DNA of 64,000 nt from Porticoccaceae bacterium (GTDB lineage Bacteria; Pseudomonadota; Gammaproteobacteria; Pseudomonadales; Porticoccaceae): positions 20,854 through 84,853 of the forward strand of contig JAYPYO010000003.1 in NCBI GenBank assembly GCA_038135995.1, given 5' to 3'. The notes beneath the pieces were generated by a model. That model had not been told where the DNA came from and searched no databases. It saw only the letters and a list, made by a program, of their open reading frames with translations. Position numbers and translations under genes: made by a program. Shown in pieces: positions 57,357-64,000 of the stretch (position 1 is its first letter; every line of letters begins with the position of its first letter).

Positions 57357-58910
57357 ATGCATAAACCGGCCTATTTTCTAGCTATAGACAATGGCACCCA
57401 GAGTGTCCGTGCCATGATCTTTGACCAGTCTGGTACTTTGGTCGCTAAGAGCAAAGTGGCTATTGAACCCTATTTTTCGACCCAGCCCGGCTGGGCAGAA
57501 CAGAAAGCAGAGTATTTTTGGTCGTCATTATGCGAGGCCTGCCAACAGCTATGGCCCATGGTCGATTTTCCTATCGAAGAAATCTGCGGCGTATCCATTA
57601 CTACCCAGCGTGCCACCGCTGTGCCCATGGATGCCAATCACCAGCCGGTGCGCCCCGCTATCACCTATATGGACCAGCGCCAGGTAGATACCCAGCCCCC
57701 ACTGGGGGCCCTGGAGTCTGCCCTGATGAAGCTGATCAAGGCCAAAGGCTTTGTTGACCAGGTACACCAACAAGCCGAGGCTAGCTGGATGGCTCAGGAG
57801 GAACCAGAGCTCTGGGCTAAGGTAGATAAATTTCTATTGCTATCCGGCTATCAAACTTATCGGCTCACAGGTGAATACAGAGATGCTATTGCCAGTCAGG
57901 TAGGCTATGTGCCCTTTGATTTTAAGCAACTTGACTGGGCTGCAGCCTCAGACTGGAAGTGGCGTGCTGTGCCCATTACCCCTGAGATGCTTCCAGAGTT
58001 AAAACCTGCAGGCGAAATACTGGGCCATATAACGCCAGAAGCGGCACAGCAAACAGGAATTCCTGTGGGTCTACCGGTGATTTCCAGTGGTTCTGATAAA
58101 GCCTGCGAAGTCCTGGGCACCGGCTGTCTGGATACAGAAACCGGCAGCCTTAGCTACGGCACCATGGCCACCCTCAATATTACCAGTGATAAATATTTAG
58201 AGGCTATAACCTATCATCCAGCCTACCCTGGGGTGATCCCCGGCTCCTTTAATGTGGAAGTCATGGTCGAGCGCGGCTACTGGATGGTCAACTGGTTTAA
58301 ACAGCAATTTGGTCTGCATGAGCAAACTCTGGCCGACAAAGCTGGTGTCGCCCCGGAAACCCTGTTTGATGAGCTTTTAAAGGCGGTGCCCGCTGGCTCA
58401 ATGGGTCTGACCTTACAGCCCTACTGGGGCACTGGAACCAACAGTGCCGGGCCAGAGGCCAAGGGTGCCATTGTAGGTTTTAGCGATGTGCACACCAGGG
58501 CCCATATGTACCGAGCTATGATTGAGGGCCTTACCTATGCTCTGCGCGAAGGCAAGGAGCTGCTCGAAAAACGCAGCGGTAAATCTCTGAGCCGCCTGGT
58601 GGTCTCCGGCGGAGGCTCCCAGAGCGATCAAATTATGCAGATTACTGCAGATATTTTTGGCATGCCCGTGGAGCGGCCCCATACCTATGAGGCATCTGGC
58701 CTGGGCGCCGCTATTGCCACCGCAGTGGGCACTGGCACCCATCCGGACTTTGAGACAGCTGTGCAGCTAATGACCCATGTGGCGGACCGCTTTGAGCCAA
58801 TACCCGCTAACCAGCAGATATACAATGACCTCTACAACCAGGTGTACAGACAGATGTACAGACACCTAAAACCCAGTTATCAGGCAATTAAATCCATTAT
58901 TGGGCTGTGA
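57357..58910 (+). CDS. FGGY-family carbohydrate/polyol kinase
   Basis: LAIDNGTQSVRA, ITTQR, GSDKAC, LSYGT, YRAMIEGL, SGGGSQS, EASGLGAA. ATG 57357 has a GGTGG SD. Confidence 0.9.
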   Translation: MHKPAYFLAIDNGTQSVRAMIFDQSGTLVAKSKVAIEPYFSTQPGWAEQKAEYFWSSLCEACQQLWPMVDFPIEEICGVSITTQRATAVPMDANHQPVRPAITYMDQRQVDTQPPLGALESALMKLIKAKGFVDQVHQQAEASWMAQEEPELWAKVDKFLLLSGYQTYRLTGEYRDAIASQVGYVPFDFKQLDWAAASDWKWRAVPITPEMLPELKPAGEILGHITPEAAQQTGIPVGLPVISSGSDKACEVLGTGCLDTETGSLSYGTMATLNITSDKYLEAITYHPAYPGVIPGSFNVEVMVERGYWMVNWFKQQFGLHEQTLADKAGVAPETLFDELLKAVPAGSMGLTLQPYWGTGTNSAGPEAKGAIVGFSDVHTRAHMYRAMIEGLTYALREGKELLEKRSGKSLSRLVVSGGGSQSDQIMQITADIFGMPVERPHTYEASGLGAAIATAVGTGTHPDFETAVQLMTHVADRFEPIPANQQIYNDLYNQVYRQMYRHLKPSYQAIKSIIGL

Positions 58911-58913
58911 TAC

Positions 58914-60263
58914 CTAGCTGAGCAAATGCTCTTTTTGGCAATAATCCAGTGTTGCATCTAGCGCCGGGGCTACCTTGTCGATCATTTCATCAATCTGTTC
59001 ATGGGTAATGATCAGCGGCGGACAAAAGCCGAGACAGGAGCCTGCCACCGTGCGAATAAGTAAGCCATTGTCCTGCGCCATCTTCTGCGCATAACCGCCA
59101 ACTGTACCGCCGGCAAAAGGCTCGCCTGTGTCTTTATTGGCCACTAACTCCAAGGCGCCAATTAAGCCACTGCCGCGCACCTCGCCAACCAGCGGATGAT
59201 CAGCAAATTCCGCCAAACGCTTTTGCAGATAAGCACCAGTGACGGCAGCTTTTTCAAAAATCTTGTCACGCTGATAAATCTCCAGTGTCTTATTGGCAAC
59301 AGCACAGGCTACCGGATGACCAGAGTAAGTATAACCATGACCAAAGGCACCGGCACTGGCGCTCTGCTCTATCATGGCATCGTACATTTCACGGCGAATA
59401 GCAGAGGCGCTAATCGGCATATAGGCCGACGACAGCTGTTTGGCAAAGGTCATCATATCTGGCGACTCTATGCCCATGGTGGTGCAACCAAAATCATTGC
59501 CCGTGCGGCCAAACCCGGTGATAACCTCATCGGCCCAAAACATAATGTCGTAGCGATCAAGCACGGCTTGAACCTTCTGGTAGTAGCCCTCCGGTGGCAC
59601 AATCACACCACTGGCGCCAGTAATAGGCTCGGCGATAAAGGCGGCAATTGTCTCAGGCCCTTCACGCACAATCAGATCCTCAAGATTGCCCACAATACGA
59701 TCGACAAACTCGGCTTCCGATTCATCACCCTGTTTACCTCGATAATAATGGGGGTGATCGGTGCGCAGAATACCCAGAGCATCCACAGGCAAATCAAAGT
59801 GATTCTGGGTTACCGGAAGGCCGGTCAATGAAGCAGCAGCTACGGTTACACCGTGGTAGGAACGCTCTCGAGCAATAATCTTGCGGCGCTCCGGCTTGCC
59901 TATGGCCTCATGGTAATAGCGCAGTAATTTAATATGCGTGTCATTGGCATCGCTGCCAGAGTTACCAAAGGACAGTACTGCATCATCCATTGGAATCATA
60001 TCGGCCAGTCTATCTGCCAGATCAATAGCCACCTGATGAGTCTTACCACCAAACATATGGCTAAAGGTCAGCTTGCTCATCTGCTCGCTGGTAGTATCAA
60101 TCAGCTCCTGATTGCCGTAACCCAGAGCTGTGCACCAGAGACCAGCCAGGCCCTCTAGATACTGCTTGCCATCTTTATCCCAAACATAACAGCCCTCACC
60201 CCGCTCAATGGTGATCTGTTCAATGGCTTTAAAGTTGGTTGTTGGATAAATTAAGTGGGTCAT
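58914..60263 (-). CDS. Class III PLP aminotransferase (omega-amino acid/putrescine:pyruvate type)
   Basis: YLEGLAGLWC, SGSDAND, SYHG.T, AAFIAEPI.G..GVIVPP, DEVITGFGRTG, TFAKQLSS.Y.P, HGYTYSGHP. Confidence 0.92.
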   Translation of the reverse strand: MTHLIYPTTNFKAIEQITIERGEGCYVWDKDGKQYLEGLAGLWCTALGYGNQELIDTTSEQMSKLTFSHMFGGKTHQVAIDLADRLADMIPMDDAVLSFGNSGSDANDTHIKLLRYYHEAIGKPERRKIIARERSYHGVTVAAASLTGLPVTQNHFDLPVDALGILRTDHPHYYRGKQGDESEAEFVDRIVGNLEDLIVREGPETIAAFIAEPITGASGVIVPPEGYYQKVQAVLDRYDIMFWADEVITGFGRTGNDFGCTTMGIESPDMMTFAKQLSSAYMPISASAIRREMYDAMIEQSASAGAFGHGYTYSGHPVACAVANKTLEIYQRDKIFEKAAVTGAYLQKRLAEFADHPLVGEVRGSGLIGALELVANKDTGEPFAGGTVGGYAQKMAQDNGLLIRTVAGSCLGFCPPLIITHEQIDEMIDKVAPALDATLDYCQKEHLLS

Positions 60264-60291
60264 TGTGATTCCTTAATACCTTGTTATTGTT

Positions 60292-61755
60292 TTACTGGTC
60301 TATACCACCCATACAGATATATTTAATATCCATATAGTCATCCATACCGTACTTGGAGCCCTCGCGACCGCTGCCGGACTCTTTAATACCGCCAAAGGGC
60401 GCCATCTCATTGGAAATAATGCCCTCGTTAACACCAACAATGCCGTATTCCAACTGCTCCGCCACACGGTGAACTCGGCCTATATCTCGGGAATAGAAAT
60501 AAGCAGCCAGACCAAACTCTGTGTCATTGGCCATTTGTACCGCCTGCTCCTCAGTCTCGAACTTAAATAACGGCGCCACAGGCCCAAAAATCTCCTCCGA
60601 GAACACCCGCATATCTCTGCTGACATCAGTGAGAATAGTAGGCTCGACAAAGTTGCCTCCCAGTTCACTGCGGCCGCCACCCAGGGCAACGGTGGCGCCC
60701 TTGGCCACAGCATCATCAATAAATTCACAGACTCCTGTGGCAGCCTTTTCATCAATCAGTGGGCCGACTGTAACCCCCTCTTCTGCGCCATTGCCCAGTA
60801 CCAGAGTTTTCACTGCTGCACTGAGTTTGGCGGCAAATTGATCATAGATCCCCGCCTGAATAATCAACCGATTGGAACAGACACAGGTCTGGCCGGCATT
60901 GCGATATTTGGATACCAGAGCGCCCTGCACTGCAGCGTCAATATCGGCATCATCAAATATAATAAAGGGCGCATTGCCTCCCAGCTCCATAGAGGTGCGC
61001 TTAACCGTCTGGGCACATTCCGCCATCAGCTGTTTGCCCACCGGTGTGGATCCGGTAAAGGTGACTTTGCGCACTATTGGGTTACTGGTGATCTCGGCGC
61101 CAATCTCTGCGGTGCGGCCAGTGACCATATTCACCAGTCCCTTAGGGAATCCAGCGCGCTCGGCCAGTTCCATCAGAGCCAGTGCTGACAGGGGCGTGGC
61201 ATTGGCTGGCTTACAGACTACGGCGCAGCCAGCAGCGATCGCAGGCGCAATTTTTCGCGTCAGCATGGCATTGGGGAAATTCCAGGGGGTGATACAGGCC
61301 ACCACCCCCACAGGCTGTTTGATGACCATAATCCGCTTGTCAGCGGAGGGCTGGGGAATAATATCGCCGTAAACCCGCTTGGACTCTTCACTAAACCACT
61401 CGGCATAGTTGGCACCATAGGCAATTTCGCCTCTGGCTTCGGCCAATGGCTTGCCTTGCTCTGCAGTCAACAGCCTGGCCAGATCTTCTTGATTTTCCAT
61501 GATCAGGTTAAACCATTTACGCAACAGCCCGGCTCGCTCTTTAGCAGTGGTTTTGGCCCAGGCACTCTGTGCCGCCTGCGCAGCCTCAATCATTCGTCTG
61601 GTCTCGGCGGTGCCACATTTGGCAACCTCAACCAGTGTTTCACCAGTGGCTGGGTTGGTCACCGCGAGGGTTTCGCCAGAATCGGCGCTGAGCCACTGGC
61701 CATCTATATAAGCCTGTGACTTAATTAAGCTGCTATCGCTGAGTGTCAATGTCAT
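60292..61755 (-). CDS. gabD: NAD(P)-dependent succinate-semialdehyde dehydrogenase
   Basis: [65 protein letters not shown]. Confidence 0.9.
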   Translation of the reverse strand: MTLTLSDSSLIKSQAYIDGQWLSADSGETLAVTNPATGETLVEVAKCGTAETRRMIEAAQAAQSAWAKTTAKERAGLLRKWFNLIMENQEDLARLLTAEQGKPLAEARGEIAYGANYAEWFSEESKRVYGDIIPQPSADKRIMVIKQPVGVVACITPWNFPNAMLTRKIAPAIAAGCAVVCKPANATPLSALALMELAERAGFPKGLVNMVTGRTAEIGAEITSNPIVRKVTFTGSTPVGKQLMAECAQTVKRTSMELGGNAPFIIFDDADIDAAVQGALVSKYRNAGQTCVCSNRLIIQAGIYDQFAAKLSAAVKTLVLGNGAEEGVTVGPLIDEKAATGVCEFIDDAVAKGATVALGGGRSELGGNFVEPTILTDVSRDMRVFSEEIFGPVAPLFKFETEEQAVQMANDTEFGLAAYFYSRDIGRVHRVAEQLEYGIVGVNEGIISNEMAPFGGIKESGSGREGSKYGMDDYMDIKYICMGGIDQ

Positions 61756-61954
61756 TGGAATTTCCATTATTTATCTAGGTTGCAGGTATTTAAGATTCTT
61801 AGTGTCCATGCATAGCTCATTTGGCACAAATAATGATTCACTGCCCTGATGGGAACAATACCCATGATTAGGTAGATAGACAGCTGGTAATGGCAGACGA
61901 GGGACTACAAGGGACCCTCGAAAACCTGTAATCTGAGGAACAGAGGGGAACAAA

Positions 61955-62509
61955 ATGTCCGATCCGACACTACATTTTATTCGCGATGGTATTCACACCC
62001 ACCTGGCTCTGCCTGCCGAGGTATTGCTGCAAGCTGTGCCTCAGTTGCGACCTTACTTTATCGACTGCCAGTGGATCAGAGTTGGCTGGGGTGACTATCG
62101 CTACTACGGTGCCGACTATCAGCCGATATGGTTGGGACTGCGGGCACTGTTTTTACCCACCTCCGCGGTAGTTGGCCTGTTGGGCACCAATGATCTGCGT
62201 GAGGCGCTCAGTGATTCCGCAACTATTTACAGCATTGCGGTCAATGGCCCATTGATGGAATCTGTGGCGCTATTTGTCAGCCGCCACTTTAAGCTGGACA
62301 ACAGCAATCAGCCCACCAAGGTCCGCGACAGACATTGCGGAACCCAATTTTTTAAATCTCGTGGTATCTACTTAGTCCTCAATACCTGCAATAACTGGAC
62401 AGCCTATGGGCTAAGCAGCGCCGGTCTGCGCCTGCTGCCCATGTTTAACTTCCTCCCTGGGCAAGTGGAGCGCAATGTGCGCAAAAATGGTTATCTTCCG
62501 AGTAACTAA
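61955..62509 (+). CDS. DUF2459-like hypothetical protein
   Basis: GIHTHLALP, VGWGD..YY, LRALFLPTSAVV, FF..RG.Y....TCNNWT...L..AG. Assignment is from recall. Confidence 0.65.
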   Translation: MSDPTLHFIRDGIHTHLALPAEVLLQAVPQLRPYFIDCQWIRVGWGDYRYYGADYQPIWLGLRALFLPTSAVVGLLGTNDLREALSDSATIYSIAVNGPLMESVALFVSRHFKLDNSNQPTKVRDRHCGTQFFKSRGIYLVLNTCNNWTAYGLSSAGLRLLPMFNFLPGQVERNVRKNGYLPSN

Positions 62510-62602
62510 TAGCAGTCAATCTGCTGCACCCAATTTGGGGTATTAGCCCTCAAATCTCCCTGGCAGTACATTGCTATCTTACCCATAGCGCCAGAGTACT
62601 CT

Positions 62603-64000
62603 ATGTCTTTTAGCCCCAGTGAATTTACCCAGTACGATACTGCAGCCATCTCGGAGACTGACAGAGCCCATTTTCTGCATCCCTGGCAAATCTTTGATGC
62701 CATTGCCGAAGAGGGAGCCTTGCCTATAGCTGCGGCAGAAGGTGCCTATATTTACGATGCTGATGGAAATCGCTATCTGGACGCCGTGGGCGGTCTCTGG
62801 TGCACCAATATTGGTCTGGGCCGCGATGAAATGGCCGATGCCATTGCCGATCAGGTGCGTAAAATGGCCTATGCCAGTCCCTTTGTGGATATGACCAACA
62901 TTCCAGCCGCTACTCTGGCGGCCAAACTGGCCGAACTGGCTCCTGGCGACCTTAATCACGTGGCACTGTCCTGCGGTGGCTCTACGGCCATTGATACTGC
63001 CTATCGCCTGATTCATTTTTACCAGAACTGCCGCGGCAAGCAGGATAAGAAGCATATTATCTCCAGAATCAATTCCTACCACGGGTCTACCTACGCCTCT
63101 ATGTCCATAGGCGGCAAGCCAGGAGATCACCCTCCAGAGTTCGATTATATTGAGGGCACTATTCATCATATTTCCTGCCCCAATTACTACAGAGCTGAAG
63201 AGTGCGGAGGGACGGCAGGTATTAGTGAGGCTGAGTTTTTGGCCGCCAAGCTGCAGGAACTGGAAGACAAAATCCTCGAGATTGGCGCCGATAAGGTAGC
63301 CGCCTTTTTTGCCGAGCCTGTGTTTGGTGCGGGTGGCGTCATAGTGCCCCCCGAGGGCTATCATCGCGGTACCTGGGAAATCTGCCAGAAATATGATGTG
63401 CTCTATGTGTCCGACGAGGTGGTAACCGCCTTTGGTCGGCTTGGCCACTGGTTTGCTTCAAAAGAAGTCTTCGACTTTCAGCCAGATATTATCTGTTCTG
63501 CCAAGGGTCTAACCTCTGGCTATCAGCCTCTGGGCGCCACAATTTACTCCAGCAAAATACATGATGTAATCAGCGAACTGGGCCATGGCCGCTGCTTTAC
63601 CCATGGCTTTACTTACTCGGGCCATCCAGTGGCCTGCGCTGCAGCCCTTAAAAATATTGAGATTATGGAGCGGGAAAAACTACTGCCTCATGTGCAATCT
63701 ATTGCCCCCTATTTCCAGGCTCAATTAAAAACCCTCTGCGATCTGCGGATTGTGGGCGATGTCCGCGGTGTGGGCCTGATGGCCTGTGTAGAATTTGTTA
63801 AAGACAAGGCCAGTAAACAGCGTTTCGACGAAGAGCTTGATATTGGCAAATGGGTATCCAATCAGGCGGATAGCAGAGGCCTGATTGTGCGGCCCATTGT
63901 CAATCTCAATGTGATGTCTCCGCCACTGATTATTGATCGCGAACAGGTCGACTTTATTGTCAGTGCGCTACGTGCAAGTATTCTTGCCTGTATGGATGAT
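62603..64000 (+). CDS. Class III PLP aminotransferase (3'-truncated by the window edge; absent from the ORF track)
   Basis: Hand translation is open for 466 codons: MSFSPSEF...HFLHPW, YLDAVGGLWC, SYHGSTY, AFFAEPV.GAGGVIVPP, DEVVTAFGRLG, SAKGLTSGY.PLG, HGFTYSGHPVAC. Confidence 0.9.
   Translation, partial: MSFSPSEFTQYDTAAISETDRAHFLHPWQIFDAIAEEGALPIAAAEGAYIYDADGNRYLDAVGGLWCTNIGLGRDEMADAIADQVRKMAYASPFVDMTNIPAATLAAKLAELAPGDLNHVALSCGGSTAIDTAYRLIHFYQNCRGKQDKKHIISRINSYHGSTYASMSIGGKPGDHPPEFDYIEGTIHHISCPNYYRAEECGGTAGISEAEFLAAKLQELEDKILEIGADKVAAFFAEPVFGAGGVIVPPEGYHRGTWEICQKYDVLYVSDEVVTAFGRLGHWFASKEVFDFQPDIICSAKGLTSGYQPLGATIYSSKIHDVISELGHGRCFTHGFTYSGHPVACAAALKNIEIMEREKLLPHVQSIAPYFQAQLKTLCDLRIVGDVRGVGLMACVEFVKDKASKQRFDEELDIGKWVSNQADSRGLIVRPIVNLNVMSPPLIIDREQVDFIVSALRASILACMDD

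Noticed and set aside
62561-62575. Sigma54-like TGGCAGTACATTGCT upstream of the last aminotransferase
   Set aside because: Spacing is GG-N9-GC, whereas sigma54 needs GG-N10-GC.
62579-63448. 289-aa minus-strand ORF in the track
   Set aside because: It is the antisense shadow of the plus-strand aminotransferase starting at 62603, which has clear family motifs.
1-64000. CRISPR arrays, IS elements, prophage, toxin-antitoxin or anti-phage defence genes
   Set aside because: I saw no regularly spaced repeats and no matching protein motifs.

Overview
The window comes from a marine heterotrophic gammaproteobacterium. A SAR92/Porticoccaceae-like origin is my impression from gene content and is not verified. 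I found no mobile elements or CRISPR array. Positions 0.3-23.7 kb form a catabolic island for methylated osmolytes with four regulators (three LysR, one IclR). It holds purU plus a SoxBDAG/MgdABCD-type N-demethylase, a DMSP-cleavage cluster (dddD divergent from BCCT, Fe-ADH and MMSDH genes), and an uncharacterised operon (aldehyde dehydrogenase, atypical M19 amidohydrolase, 610-aa unknown protein, DUF3726) with a LysR and a DpkA-like reductase. Positions 23.7-46 kb hold three TonB-dependent receptors (two followed by sulfotransferase-like genes), cvfB, an orphan ACP, an MFS transporter, queD, tRNA-Val and tRNA-Asp, an AKR, a VOC protein, a flavin-dependent halogenase and an S9 peptidase. Positions 46-53 kb hold a foldase-foldase-HupE/UreJ-DUF3604-SDR-epimerase operon. 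Positions 53-59 kb hold an AraC regulator with alkyl-DHAP-synthase-like, GlpD-like and FGGY kinase genes. Positions 59-64 kb hold two class III aminotransferases, gabD and DUF2459. The best candidate for an undescribed system is the 16.4-23.7 kb operon, possibly feeding N-methylglutamate to the Mgd-like demethylase at 1.3-6.4 kb. All family calls come from motif recognition by eye, not database searches.
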